This document shows positions 44,282 to 54,506 of a DNA stretch of 64,000 nt, piece by piece; position 1 is the first letter of the stretch; the number at the start of each line of letters is the position of its first letter. The position numbers and the translations under genes were made by a program. This DNA is from an uncultured Desulfobulbaceae bacterium (lineage in GTDB: Bacteria; Desulfobacterota; Desulfobulbia; Desulfobulbales; CALZHT01): NCBI GenBank assembly GCA_945787445.1, contig CALZHT010000013.1, positions 54,079-118,078 on the forward strand, given 5' to 3'. The notes beneath the pieces were generated by a model. That model ran no database searches. It saw nothing but the letters and a program-made list of their open reading frames with translations, and had not been told where the DNA came from.

Positions 44282-45343
44282 ATGGCTGAAGACAAATCTT
44301 CGCGTTATTCGGAATCCGGTGTTGATATTGATAAAGGCAACGAGTTTGTTGACAGGATTAAATCCATGGTATCCTCCACCTTCAGAGGTGGGGTGCTCAC
44401 CGGGATTGGCGGCTTCGGCGGTTTGTATGCCCTTGGCGGCGGACGCTATAAGGACCCGGTCCTGGTCTCTTCTACCGATGGTGTTGGAACAAAGCTCAAA
44501 ATTGCAGTCATGTGCAACAAACACGATACCATCGGTATTGATCTGGTTGCCATGTGTGTGAACGATATTGTGGTGTGTGGGGCGAAGCCTTTGTTTTTTT
44601 TGGATTATTTTGCAGTGGGTAGTCTTGATGTGGACGTGGCTGCCGATGTGGTAAAAGGTATTGCCGAAGGTTGTAAAATTTCGAAATGCTCCCTTATAGG
44701 CGGTGAAACTGCCGAGATGCCGGGACATTATATGCCAGGCGACTATGACCTTGCCGGTTTTGTAGTAGGTATTGCCGAGCGGAACAAGCTGATTGACGGC
44801 TCTGATATTAAAGTAGGGGATGTGATTATCGGTCTGGCTTCAAGTGGATTACACAGCAATGGCTACTCACTGGTGAGGAAGATATGTTTCGAGGAACTGG
44901 GCCTTACTGTTGATGATCAGGTGCAAGAGCTTGGTGGTACCCTGGGGGAGGAATTACTGAAACCAACCCGCATTTATGCAGACTCCTTGATGACCCTCAA
45001 GAGGCACTTCAAAATAAGCGGTCTTGTCCATATCACCGGAGGCGGCATCATTGACAATATTCCCCGCATTCTCCCCCAGGAATGTAAGGCAGTCATAAAC
45101 GGCAAGGGATGGAAAGTGCAGCCGATCTTTAGGTTCCTTCAGGAAAAGGGTAACATTGCAGGGGAGGAGATGTGCCGAACCTTCAATAACGGCATCGGCA
45201 TGGTGCTTATCATTGACGCGAGCCTGGTTGAGGACGTAACCCAGCAGCTCAGGGCTCTTGGCGAGATCCCATATGTTATTGGCGAGATTGCCAAGAACAA
45301 GGGCAAGGAAGGGCCGCTGGTTGAAATATACACGGCGCCATAA
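44282..45343 (+). CDS. purM: phosphoribosylformylglycinamidine cyclo-ligase (AIR synthetase)
   Basis: 353 aa: YSESGVDIDKGNEFV, SSTDGVGTKLKIA, DLVAMCVNDI, GGETAEMPG. Confidence 0.95.
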   Translation: MAEDKSSRYSESGVDIDKGNEFVDRIKSMVSSTFRGGVLTGIGGFGGLYALGGGRYKDPVLVSSTDGVGTKLKIAVMCNKHDTIGIDLVAMCVNDIVVCGAKPLFFLDYFAVGSLDVDVAADVVKGIAEGCKISKCSLIGGETAEMPGHYMPGDYDLAGFVVGIAERNKLIDGSDIKVGDVIIGLASSGLHSNGYSLVRKICFEELGLTVDDQVQELGGTLGEELLKPTRIYADSLMTLKRHFKISGLVHITGGGIIDNIPRILPQECKAVINGKGWKVQPIFRFLQEKGNIAGEEMCRTFNNGIGMVLIIDASLVEDVTQQLRALGEIPYVIGEIAKNKGKEGPLVEIYTAP

Positions 45344-45454
45344 GTCCGATGCATCCCATCATGCTTCGTCACTTGCTGCGGTGCCTGCTCACAGCGCTAC
45401 CAGGCTGCTCCGCCGGCTCCTCGCTCGTTCCTCGCCTGGCTGGGCGCCTCGAAA
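45342..45454 (+). repeat. family G element, copy G1
   Basis: AAGTCCGATGCATCCCATCATGCTTCGTCACTTGCTGCGGTGCCTGC... is shared with G2. It is bracketed by a perfect 15-bp inverted repeat (45329-45343 / 45455-45469). Confidence 0.8.
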
Positions 45455-45483
45455 TTATGGCGCCGTGTAAACAATAGGATTGC

Positions 45484-45996
45484 TCAATCGCCGCAGTCCT
45501 TTACGCCTCCCTTGATTTTGTAAAGGGCATGGGGTAAGGCCGGCAGCACAGTAAGCAGATTTTCGCTTGCCCCTTTTTCACTGCCGGGCAGGTTGATTAT
45601 CAGGCTTTCCTTTCTAATCCCGGCGATCCCTCGTGATAACACGGCATGAGAGGTAAGTTCGAAGCTTTTCTGCCGCATGACCTCACTGATCCCCGGCAAT
45701 TCACGTTCTATTGCTGCTCTGGTCGCTTCAGGGGTTATATCAGTTGGACTGACTCCGGTGCCACCGGTGGTTAGGATGAGATCCAGACCATAGGAATCTA
45801 CCCACTCTATAAGTGCTTCGGTTATGACATCGGCCTGGTCAGGCACAATCTTGACTGCTTTCACATAAAAGGTGTTTTTTTCAAGCAGCGTTTTAAGGGC
45901 CGGTCCGCTGGTGTCTTGCCGTTCTCCCCGCGATCCTTTATCGCTTACCGTTAATACCCCACAAGAATATTGTATCACGCTTTTGTCTTTGGACAC
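45484..45996 (-). CDS. mogA: molybdenum cofactor biosynthesis protein MogA/MoaB family
   Basis: 170 aa: VLTVSDKGSRGERQDTSGP, LILTTGGTGVSPTDITPEA, NLPGSEKG. Confidence 0.88.
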   Translation of the reverse strand: MSKDKSVIQYSCGVLTVSDKGSRGERQDTSGPALKTLLEKNTFYVKAVKIVPDQADVITEALIEWVDSYGLDLILTTGGTGVSPTDITPEATRAAIERELPGISEVMRQKSFELTSHAVLSRGIAGIRKESLIINLPGSEKGASENLLTVLPALPHALYKIKGGVKDCGD

Positions 45997-46001
45997 CTGC
46001 T

Positions 46002-48068
46002 TTAGTCTTTTTTGGCAGCTTCGATTATTTTATCGGCAATCTGACCTGGCACTTCTTCGTAGTGGGAGAATCCCACCGTAAAGGAGCCCCTGCCGCCGGT
46101 GGTTGAAGTCAGATCCGGCGCGTAATGCAGGATTTCCGCCATGGGCACCTGGGCATTGATGATTTCGCTTTTCGCTTCGGAATCCATACCAAGAATCTTG
46201 CCCCGGCGGCCATTGAGATCTCCGATAACGTCACCTACACAATCTTTTGGCACTCGGATGGTCATATTCATTATAGGCTCCAGAAGCATTGGCTTTGCCT
46301 CAAGGACGCCTTTCTTGAAACCGATGGAGCCGGAGATCTTGAAAGCCATTTCCGAAGAGTCCACGGAATGGTAGGATCCATCAACAAGGGTGATCTTGAC
46401 ATCAACAACTGGATATCCTGCCAGCACGCCTTGGGCCATGGCCTCCTGGATGCCTTTGTCAACCGCAGGTCTGTACTGACTTGGTATTACACCGCCGACA
46501 ATCTTGTCTTCAAAGATGTACCCCTCCCCGCGTGGCAGCGGTTCGATCTCAATCCAGGAATCGGCAAATTGACCGCGGCCGCCAGATTGTTTCTTGTGTT
46601 TGCCCTGTACCCGGGCCTTGCCTTTGATTGTTTCTTTATAGGGCACTTTTGGCGGTTGGAGACGCATTTCAACGCCGAATTTCCGTTTGATTTTTTTGCC
46701 GGTTACTTCCAGGTGGATTTGGCCGACTCCGGAAATAAGGATTTCATTGGTTTGGTTTTCCCGGGTAAGCCTCAGAGTCGGATCCTCTTCAAGCATTTTC
46801 GTAATTGAAGCAAAGAGTTTGTCTTCATCATCCTTTTTCGTCGTTGATACGGCAAAAGATATTGACGGATCGACCGGGGTCAAGGCCTCAAAGATGAATG
46901 GGGTTTCTTTCTGGCAAAGAGAATCGCCGGTAGAAGTATCTTTCAGTTTTGCCACCGCAGCGATCATACCGGGATAGACCGCATCCACCGGTTTGCTCTC
47001 TTTGCCTTCCATAACCAGGAGCTGGCCGAATTTTTCCATCTTATCCTTGGTAGCGTTAAAGAAGTTATCACTGGACAATGAGCCGGAAAATACCCTGAAA
47101 ATATTGAGTCTGCCGGCGTAAGGGTCGGCCATTGTTTTGAAGACAAGTGCTGAGAAAGGTTCTTCAATGAGAGGTTTGCGCTCAGACATGTCCTTTATTT
47201 TGGGATCAGTTCCAAGTTGGGCAGGCCTTTCATCCGGTGCCGGCATCAGATCGTTTACAGTATTCAGCAATAACTCTGTTCCAAGATTACCGGTTGCTGA
47301 TCCCATACAGACCGGGCATATTTCGCCTGACTTGCAGCCTTGCACAAGACCTTGTTGTAAATCATCACCTGTGAGTTCGCCCTCTTCGAGAAATTTTTCA
47401 ATGAGTTCATCACTTGTTTCCGCCACTTGTTCCATGAGAGATTCCCGGTATGTGGCAACTATATCTGCCATTTCAGAAGGTATGTCGGTCTCTTTGACCT
47501 TGCCATCCTTGCTAAACATGAAGGCCTTTTGCTGGACAAGATCAACAACTCCCTTGAAGTCGGCTTCCTTGCCGATGGGCAGATAAATGACCACAGGCTT
47601 GAAAGGAAGATCTGTTTTAATATCTTCAATGGTTTTTAGGGCGTCAGCCCGTTCTTTATCCATTTTGTTGATATAGAGAATGGTGGGAAGATTCTGTTCT
47701 GCAACAAAAGAGGCGATTTTTTCTGTCTGGTATTTCACTCCCATCTCAGCCTCAACAACGAAAACAGCACAGTCAGTCACCCGGGTAGCATAAATTGCGT
47801 CATTGATGAAATTGTCATCTCCTGGCGTGTCTGTAATGTAAACTATATGTTTTTTCCAGGTATATTGATGAAAAGAGGAACCAATGGTGAGTTTTCTTTG
47901 CAGTTCCTCAGGCTCGAAATCCATTACGGAAGTGCCATCGTCGACTTTACCGTGGCGGGTTGTTTTGCCGGCAGTGAATAACATCGCCTCTGCCAGGGAA
48001 GTCTTGCCGCATTTGCCGTGGCCGAACATTGCCACATTACGAACCAGTTTGATGTCCTGCATGTACAC
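46002..48068 (-). CDS. elongation factor G paralog (divergent GTPase motifs)
   Basis: 688 aa with EF-G domain order. G1 is GHGKCGKTS, G3 is DTPGDDNF (Asp where the catalytic His is expected), G4 is NKMD. Confidence 0.85.
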   Translation of the reverse strand: MYMQDIKLVRNVAMFGHGKCGKTSLAEAMLFTAGKTTRHGKVDDGTSVMDFEPEELQRKLTIGSSFHQYTWKKHIVYITDTPGDDNFINDAIYATRVTDCAVFVVEAEMGVKYQTEKIASFVAEQNLPTILYINKMDKERADALKTIEDIKTDLPFKPVVIYLPIGKEADFKGVVDLVQQKAFMFSKDGKVKETDIPSEMADIVATYRESLMEQVAETSDELIEKFLEEGELTGDDLQQGLVQGCKSGEICPVCMGSATGNLGTELLLNTVNDLMPAPDERPAQLGTDPKIKDMSERKPLIEEPFSALVFKTMADPYAGRLNIFRVFSGSLSSDNFFNATKDKMEKFGQLLVMEGKESKPVDAVYPGMIAAVAKLKDTSTGDSLCQKETPFIFEALTPVDPSISFAVSTTKKDDEDKLFASITKMLEEDPTLRLTRENQTNEILISGVGQIHLEVTGKKIKRKFGVEMRLQPPKVPYKETIKGKARVQGKHKKQSGGRGQFADSWIEIEPLPRGEGYIFEDKIVGGVIPSQYRPAVDKGIQEAMAQGVLAGYPVVDVKITLVDGSYHSVDSSEMAFKISGSIGFKKGVLEAKPMLLEPIMNMTIRVPKDCVGDVIGDLNGRRGKILGMDSEAKSEIINAQVPMAEILHYAPDLTSTTGGRGSFTVGFSHYEEVPGQIADKIIEAAKKD

Positions 48069-48532
48069 CCCTCCGAAAGATTTATTTGTCAGCCATTTAT
48101 TTCAATTTTTTAGTCGTGGTGAATGAAAATGTCAAATCTACGCATTGCGCGGATATTTTACCCTAAGACGTGTTTTCTTGGGAGAAATCAAAGGACCGTA
48201 TAGTATTCTGAAGAATAAGGCAAAGTCAAGTATGTATTTTTATGGAATCTAAAAGGGATGTTGTTATCTTTGCCGCAACCTGATAATGTGCTGTCTGCAG
48301 TTAGGCTAAGGTTTTGTTATTTGTACGGAAAAAAAGAACCTCACAGGTTTTTGCGGGGCGCCTTTTAGGCGCTCTGTGCCTAAATATAAAAAAATTTGTC
48401 GATGTTGATGTTTATCTTGTTAAAGCAGCTTGCTGCAGTTAACCCAGCCTTAGTTGAAACTTTATAGCGACGAAGTCGCGTTTAACCCAAAATTATGAAG
48501 AAATTTTGTGTAGTAACTTGAGCCAAAAACAA

Positions 48533-50128
48533 ATGCGGAAAGCAGCTCATGATACCGGAAAAATTGCCAGATCAGCAGGCACAGTCAGCTTTGCAGTGAT
48601 GTGCAGCAGAGTGCTGGGGCTGGTTCGGGAACAGGCCTTTGCTATTCTTTTCGGTGCAGGTTTTGCCTTTGATGCCTTTGTAGTAGCCTTCCGAATCCCC
48701 AATCTTCTTCGCGACCTGTTTGGCGAAGGAGCCTTGAGTGCTGCATTTGTTGCGGTGTTTACCGACTATGACACGAACAAGGGTGAGGAGGCAACTTGGC
48801 ATCTTGCCAATAACGTAATTGCTTTTTTTCTGATCCTGTTAAGCGCCATAACCATCATTGGAATTCTTTGTGCAGATCCGATTGTCCGGGTTATGGCGGC
48901 ACGGGAAGGGTTTGAGAATATTCCCAACAAAGTTGAGCTTGCCCATCTGCTCACAGTAATTATGTTCCCCTTTCTGATTCTGGTGTCACTCTCATCCGTG
49001 GTAATGGGCATTCTTAATACCAAAGGCCGCTTTTTTGTGCCGGCCATGGCCTCAAGCTTTTTTAATATCGGTTCCATAGTTGGTGGGGTAAGTCTGGCTC
49101 TGGTCATGCGTTATTATGAACAGCCCGCCATAGTGGGCATGGCGATTGGCACCCTCATCGGTGGCGTTCTCCAGCTCGTGTGGCAATTGCCCTCCCTGCG
49201 CCGTATCGGTTTCCGGTACAGGTTTATGCTTGAACTTACGGATCCAGGCCTGAGAAGGATACTTCGTTTGATGGTGCCTGCTCTAATCGGGCTGGCCCCC
49301 CTGCAGATCAATGTACTGGTCAATACCTATTTCGCTTCTTCCTTGGAACAGGGCAGTCTTTCCTGGCTCAATTATGCTTTTCGACTATTCTGGCTACCGG
49401 TGGGCCTTTTTGGAGTAGCCATGTCCATAGCTTCCATGCCTGTGATATCCAGGTATGCAGCTTTGAAGGATTTACACAATCTTAAGGCAACATACACTTC
49501 ATCTCAGGTGATGGCCTTCTGTCTGACCATTCCCGCATCTGTTGGTTTGGTTCTGCTGGCTGAGCCAATCATCAGAGTTATTTTCCAATACGGTAAATTT
49601 GATGCGTATACCACGGCAAAAACCGCCGAGGCCCTTTGCTATTATGCTTTGGGCCTGTTTGCCTATTCTTCAGTCAAGATTATAGTGCCGGTCTTTTATG
49701 CTCTGGATGATACGAAATATCCGGTAATGGGCAGTTTTCTGGCCATGGGCAGCAATATTCTCATCATCAAAATGACTATTGACTTTTTCCAGCACAAGGC
49801 TTTGGCCCTCTCTATTTCAGGGGCAATGACCCTCAATTTTTTGTTTCTGGCAACAGTCCTGTATCGCAAACTGGAAGGGTATTCCCTGGGTTATATTTGT
49901 GCCGGTTTCGGTAAGGTAATTTTTTCATCAAGTATCATGGGATTGATCGTGGTGTGGATATTGAAAATGACTGTTGACTGGCAAACTGCAGGGGTAATTA
50001 TGGATATGGCTCGTCTTTTGCTCTGTATTCTTATCGGAGCTTCAGTGTATGGCCTGGCCCTTTATCTGCTGAAATTGGATGAATTGAAGGTGATAACCGA
50101 TAAAGTTTTTGCCAGAGTGCGCAGTTGA
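48533..50128 (+). CDS. murJ: lipid II flippase MurJ
   Basis: SRVLGLVREQAFAILFGAG...AFVVAFRIPNLLR..FGEGALSAAFV. Multi-TM MOP/MVF family. Start moved to ATG 48533. Confidence 0.9.
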   Translation: MRKAAHDTGKIARSAGTVSFAVMCSRVLGLVREQAFAILFGAGFAFDAFVVAFRIPNLLRDLFGEGALSAAFVAVFTDYDTNKGEEATWHLANNVIAFFLILLSAITIIGILCADPIVRVMAAREGFENIPNKVELAHLLTVIMFPFLILVSLSSVVMGILNTKGRFFVPAMASSFFNIGSIVGGVSLALVMRYYEQPAIVGMAIGTLIGGVLQLVWQLPSLRRIGFRYRFMLELTDPGLRRILRLMVPALIGLAPLQINVLVNTYFASSLEQGSLSWLNYAFRLFWLPVGLFGVAMSIASMPVISRYAALKDLHNLKATYTSSQVMAFCLTIPASVGLVLLAEPIIRVIFQYGKFDAYTTAKTAEALCYYALGLFAYSSVKIIVPVFYALDDTKYPVMGSFLAMGSNILIIKMTIDFFQHKALALSISGAMTLNFLFLATVLYRKLEGYSLGYICAGFGKVIFSSSIMGLIVVWILKMTVDWQTAGVIMDMARLLLCILIGASVYGLALYLLKLDELKVITDKVFARVRS

Positions 50129-50129
50129 T

Positions 50130-50318
50130 TATTGATGAAATCGTAAATAATACGAGTTGTCTGCTACGCGGACGCGTTAACCGCCTTGATTTCTTGCTAT
50201 GAAACGGGCGATAAGGACAGCCATGCTTACTTGCAAAGCTATTGCCAGTTCATCGATGTATTACGTTTCAACTAGTTGAAATTACATGGCACGTTAACCG
50301 CTTTCCCGGCTTTTTGCG
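50130..50318 (-). repeat. family F element, long form, copy F2
   Basis: Its reverse complement aligns with F1 over the full length. The core is at 50157-50255. It fills the gap between the convergent murJ and rsmE. Confidence 0.9.
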
Positions 50319-50330
50319 AGTGTGTGTCAT

Positions 50331-51080
50331 TTATTGATAGTCAAACTGTTGTCTCAGTAAGCTAATCTGGGAAAGCAAGGCCGGTACTGCTGTATCTACT
50401 CTAAGAATGCGGGGGCCCAGGGTGAAATCACTAAAGCCCTGTTCTTTGAATTTCTGCAATTCAAAATCCACCCAGCCGCCTTCAGGGCCGATGGCAAGAA
50501 GTACTCGCCCGGTTGCAGGATTTGGGGTGATTTGGAAGATGAATTTTGAAGCATTGGGATGGGCTAGAAGTTTACAAGAGTACTCTTTGATAATTTTCGC
50601 AAGCATATCCTCAACAAAGGGCCTGAATTTTTTGTGGATGGACACTTCCGGTACCCTGGTGTCCATGGCCTGTTCAAGACCATGAAGGAACTGGTTTTGT
50701 ATGGTATTGTCCTTGAACAGTGAGGCACTGAAAAAACTTTTTTCAACTCGGTTGGCGTTTATCAGAAAAAGCTTGCCAACGCCTAAAGCGGCAATTTGGG
50801 AGAGAACGCGTTTGAGCATAATGGGCCGGGGCAGGGCCAAAATGAGATCCAGGGGAGGGGCAGCAGGCATCGGGCCATTGGCATTTATCTGTAATCTTAC
50901 TATTGGAGGCACGGCCTCAATTATGCGGCCTATGCCGGTAGGACCGTTGATGATGCCCACGCGCACCGTGTCTCCCGGCGATAACCGCAGGATTTTGATG
51001 ATGTGTTCACTGCGCCTGTCCTGTAGGGTTACGGTGTTTGATTTTGAGATTTCGTCTTTTGCGAGTAAGATCAAATTCAT
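50331..51080 (-). CDS. rsmE: 16S rRNA (uracil1498-N3)-methyltransferase
   Basis: 249 aa. RsmE-like N-terminal PUA region (HIIKILRLSPGD) and C-terminal GPEGGW...E motif. Confidence 0.85.
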   Translation of the reverse strand: MNLILLAKDEISKSNTVTLQDRRSEHIIKILRLSPGDTVRVGIINGPTGIGRIIEAVPPIVRLQINANGPMPAAPPLDLILALPRPIMLKRVLSQIAALGVGKLFLINANRVEKSFFSASLFKDNTIQNQFLHGLEQAMDTRVPEVSIHKKFRPFVEDMLAKIIKEYSCKLLAHPNASKFIFQITPNPATGRVLLAIGPEGGWVDFELQKFKEQGFSDFTLGPRILRVDTAVPALLSQISLLRQQFDYQ

Positions 51081-51154
51081 GGGTTAGAGGTGTGGCTCCG
51101 GAACTCCTGAGAAAGAAACATAGCTTCAAGGAGTTCAAAACGTTCTCGGGTTTT

Positions 51155-51276
51155 GCATTGATAATAAAGTGCCTAAAGTTATGGTACTTTTCTTATAAGA
51201 CTATTTTCAGTGCCCCCTTGAGGGGTATAAATCCTTTAACTTTAGGCACTTTAAACTTTAGCTCACTTTAGGCACT
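51155..51276 (+). repeat. family B hairpin element, copy B3 (5' module truncated)
   Basis: GCATTGATAATAAAGTGCCTAAAGTT, then a loop, then TAACTTTAGGCACTTTAAACTTTAGCTCACTTTAGGCACT. Confidence 0.85.
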
Positions 51277-51367
51277 TCTTTTAGGCTGCAATTTTTTAGC
51301 ATCTACACGTAACAATAGCTGCCGAGTCCTGGTTATCTGAACTAAGAATGTCAAAGTTGGATTTTCC

Positions 51368-52669
51368 ATGCTGTATTTTTACAATTTCCTTCAATGTATC
51401 GGGCTTATAGTAGTAGGTCCGTTCCTTTTCGTCAAAATTATCCTTACTCCAAAATACAGGGGGCGGATTTCCAAAAGGTTAGGATTTGGGCTGAACAGCC
51501 TGGAGCAAATCCGCACCTTTGGTTCCCCCCGCATCTGGATCCATGCCCTGTCCGTGGGGGAAGTCCTGTCGTCGCAGTCCCTGGTAAAGGGATTGCGGGA
51601 GGCATTTCCCAATGGAACCCTTCTATTTTCCGCTTCTACTAAGAGTGGTGAAGAACTTGCCGTGAAGAGCCTTACCGCTGAGATTAATTTTTTTGTTCCG
51701 TTTCCTCTCGATATCATGTGGAGCGTGCGAAAGATTGCCAGACTGCTCGATCCTCATCTTTTTATCTTGGTTGAAACGGATTTCTGGCCCAATATGCTTC
51801 ATGAGATGAAACGAAAAAAGGTGCCCTGCCTCCTGGTAAACGGCAGAATCTCCGAAAAATCTTTTGGAAAATACCAAAAATATCGGTTTTTTTTCAGGCC
51901 TCTTTTTCAAACCTTTAGGAATATTTCCATGCAGACCAAGGCGGATGCGGCCAAGATGGTCACCTTGGGCGTTCCTGCCGAAAAAATAATCACACTTGGC
52001 AATATGAAATATGAGTCGTTACTGCCGCCAAAGAGAGGGGAGCATGTCTTGCCGGACAGGAAGGATTTCGGGATTCCCAGGCAGGCCAATCTCCTGATTG
52101 TCGGCAGTTCGCATCCTGGTGAAGAAGAAATTGTATATCGAGTATTCAAGCGGCTGCAACAAGCCTTCCCCGGTATCTTTCTGGTTATTGCTCCCAGAAA
52201 AGTGGAACGCGGTAAAGATTTGGCATCCCTTGCCGGGGAACATGGATTGCAGGCGCGCAGGAGGAGCATTCCAGGGCAGGATGCAGCGCCGGTATTGATC
52301 CTGGATACCTTGGGAGAGCTTGCCAACCTATACGCAGTATGTGACGTGGCCTTTGTCGGTGGCAGTCTGGTGGCGGCAGGAGGGCACAACCCCCTTGAGC
52401 CCGCGGTCTTTGGCAAACCGGTGCTTTTTGGGCCCTATATGGATGATTTTGAGGAGATATCCCGTGATTTGCGCCAGTGCGGCGCCGGCGAAACCGTATC
52501 TTCCGAAGAGGAACTTTTTACAAGCCTTGATAAATTGTTTGGAGATATTTCATTACGGCAGGAACGGGGCAGGAAGGCCATGGAGATGATGAAGGAGAAC
52601 CAAGGCGTCACTTTACGGCATGTGGAATTGATTGCCGACGTCCTGCAAAGTGAGGGAGCTGATGTCTAA
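51368..52669 (+). CDS. waaA: 3-deoxy-D-manno-octulosonic acid (Kdo) transferase
   Basis: 433 aa: IWIHALSVGEV, ETDFWPN, and a C-terminal GGSL...GGHNPLEPA motif. Confidence 0.9.
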   Translation: MLYFYNFLQCIGLIVVGPFLFVKIILTPKYRGRISKRLGFGLNSLEQIRTFGSPRIWIHALSVGEVLSSQSLVKGLREAFPNGTLLFSASTKSGEELAVKSLTAEINFFVPFPLDIMWSVRKIARLLDPHLFILVETDFWPNMLHEMKRKKVPCLLVNGRISEKSFGKYQKYRFFFRPLFQTFRNISMQTKADAAKMVTLGVPAEKIITLGNMKYESLLPPKRGEHVLPDRKDFGIPRQANLLIVGSSHPGEEEIVYRVFKRLQQAFPGIFLVIAPRKVERGKDLASLAGEHGLQARRRSIPGQDAAPVLILDTLGELANLYAVCDVAFVGGSLVAAGGHNPLEPAVFGKPVLFGPYMDDFEEISRDLRQCGAGETVSSEEELFTSLDKLFGDISLRQERGRKAMEMMKENQGVTLRHVELIADVLQSEGADV

Positions 52670-53708
52670 GGGATATAAATGGCTCTTTGCTTTGGGGCTT
52701 CCTTTTTCGCTTGTTTATAGCGCCTTGATGATCATTCGTACCAAATGCTACAAGATTGGGATTTTCAGACAGCATCGTCTGCCTGTGCCGGTAGTGAGCA
52801 TCGGCAATATAACCATGGGCGGCACCGGCAAGACACCCATGGTGATGTATGTATGTCGGTTACTGCAGAATGCCGGTAAACAACCCGCCGTAGTGAGCCG
52901 TGGATACGGCGGCAAGGCCAAGAATGCGGTAAATATTGTATCAAGCACTACAGAAGTTCTGCTTCAACCCGATGCGGCCGGTGATGAACCAAGGCTGCTT
53001 GCCGATTCTCTGCCGGGAGTACCTGTGTTGACCGGGGTGAAGCGTTATCATCCTGCCCAAGTCGCTATTAATCAATTTTATGCCGGTGTAATTGTCCTCG
53101 ATGACGGATTCCAGCATTTGGCCTTACAACGGGATCTAAATATAGCGTTGTTTAATGCATCATCCCCCCTTGGCAACGGCAGGGTGTTTCCAGGTGGCGA
53201 AATGAGAGAGCCGTTTAGCAGCCTAAACCGCGCCACTGCATTTGTCATTACCGGAGTTGATCAGGATATGCAAAAAGAGATCGACTCTTTTAAAGATAAT
53301 CTGCAAAGCCAATTTCCCGGTCGTCCTGTCTTTATTGCAGAGTACAAGGTAACCAGTCTGCTGGATAATCAAAGTTCCGATGCTATTGCTCTTGAAAAGG
53401 GGAAGAAGATAAAACTTTACGGATTTTGCGGGCTGGCAAATCCTCAGTCATTCCTGCAGACTCTCAGGAAGGAGGCTTTCTCGATCGCCGGCTTTAGAGC
53501 ATTTGAAGATCATCGCCCTTATACAACTGAGGATATTGCAAAACTCATAAATGTGGCAAAAAAATCAGGGGCGCAAGGACTTATCACCACTGAAAAGGAT
53601 TTTGTCAAAATCAGAGGCATGAAGTTTGATTTGCCAATTCTTACCCTTAAAATTGAACTGACCCTGGGCGATGCTTTTGATCGGTTTGTTTTAGAAAAGG
53701 TCGGCTAG
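52662..53708 (+). CDS. lpxK: tetraacyldisaccharide 4'-kinase
   Basis: VVSIGNITMGGTGKTPMV, SRGYGG, DDGFQH. Its ATG overlaps the waaA end by 8 nt. Confidence 0.9.
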   Translation: MSKGYKWLFALGLPFSLVYSALMIIRTKCYKIGIFRQHRLPVPVVSIGNITMGGTGKTPMVMYVCRLLQNAGKQPAVVSRGYGGKAKNAVNIVSSTTEVLLQPDAAGDEPRLLADSLPGVPVLTGVKRYHPAQVAINQFYAGVIVLDDGFQHLALQRDLNIALFNASSPLGNGRVFPGGEMREPFSSLNRATAFVITGVDQDMQKEIDSFKDNLQSQFPGRPVFIAEYKVTSLLDNQSSDAIALEKGKKIKLYGFCGLANPQSFLQTLRKEAFSIAGFRAFEDHRPYTTEDIAKLINVAKKSGAQGLITTEKDFVKIRGMKFDLPILTLKIELTLGDAFDRFVLEKVG

Positions 53709-53745
53709 AGTGCATGTGGGCCGAGGAATTTGTATAAACTACAAA

Positions 53746-53844
53746 TTGTCTGCAACGCAGATGCGTTGACCACCTAGATCCCTTGCGATGATCCAGGCGA
53801 TAAGTCCAGCCGAAATTTTTTGAAGAACTATTGCCAATTCATCG
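53746..53844 (-). repeat. family F core alone, copy F5
   Basis: Aligns with the core segment of F2 (TTGTCTGC.ACGC...GCGTT.ACC...GGCGATAAG...CTATTGCCA.TTCATCG). The shell termini are absent. Confidence 0.75.
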
Positions 53845-54025
53845 TTGTTCTGTCTTGTAATCTAATGAATGAACCAGGAAAGAAGAATCAAGCGAACAAT
53901 GAACTACCCCACAAAGAGGTTGCGGGATAGTTCATATACTTTTTGAACACGATCAGCGAGCACATTCCCCGCAGGTTACGCTTCGCGTGCGCAAGCGGCC
54001 GGGGGGAGCTTCAAATCAATACCTT

Positions 54026-54352
54026 TTAGTTGACAACAAATGTTGCCGGATATCGCGTTTCATTGCCGTCGGTATCATAGGCAGACAATTTGAAAGTCTT
54101 GGGCTGGACCTCATTATCAATACCACATTCCATTTTTAAGGCATGAATGTCTTCTGTGGCGCAAATAAGGCTTCCCCCTGCCTGGTATAGCCGCAAACCT
54201 TTTATTTCATCATCCGTATTTTTGTCATATTCCCATTTCACTGTGACTCTCGATGTGTCCGGATTTACGTTGAAGGCAGCTTGCTTTCCTTCACCTACAA
54301 GGCAAGCGGTTAAAAGCAATGATATTGCCAGAAGAATGAATACCTGTTTCAT
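54026..54352 (-). CDS. small lipoprotein, 108 aa
   Basis: MKQVFILLAISLLLTAC lipobox, followed by a beta-rich (Ig/FN3-like) sequence. Confidence 0.6.
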   Translation of the reverse strand: MKQVFILLAISLLLTACLVGEGKQAAFNVNPDTSRVTVKWEYDKNTDDEIKGLRLYQAGGSLICATEDIHALKMECGIDNEVQPKTFKLSAYDTDGNETRYPATFVVN

Positions 54353-54475
54353 GGTGTTGCTCCTGTATTTTTTTTGGTTTTCATTTTTGGTGACCAGACG
54401 ATCATTTCATAAATTTTGATGTTACATTAAGGGGTTCTGCTGACTGTAAATTCTGCCGGACATTTAACAAAAAAA

Positions 54476-54506
54476 GCCTGCCATCTCTAAAGGTGGCAGG
54501 CTTTTT
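54476..54506. terminator. orphan bidirectional intrinsic terminator
   Basis: GCCTGCCA-N10-TGGCAGGC with A7 before and T5 after. No annotated gene ends next to it. Confidence 0.7.
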
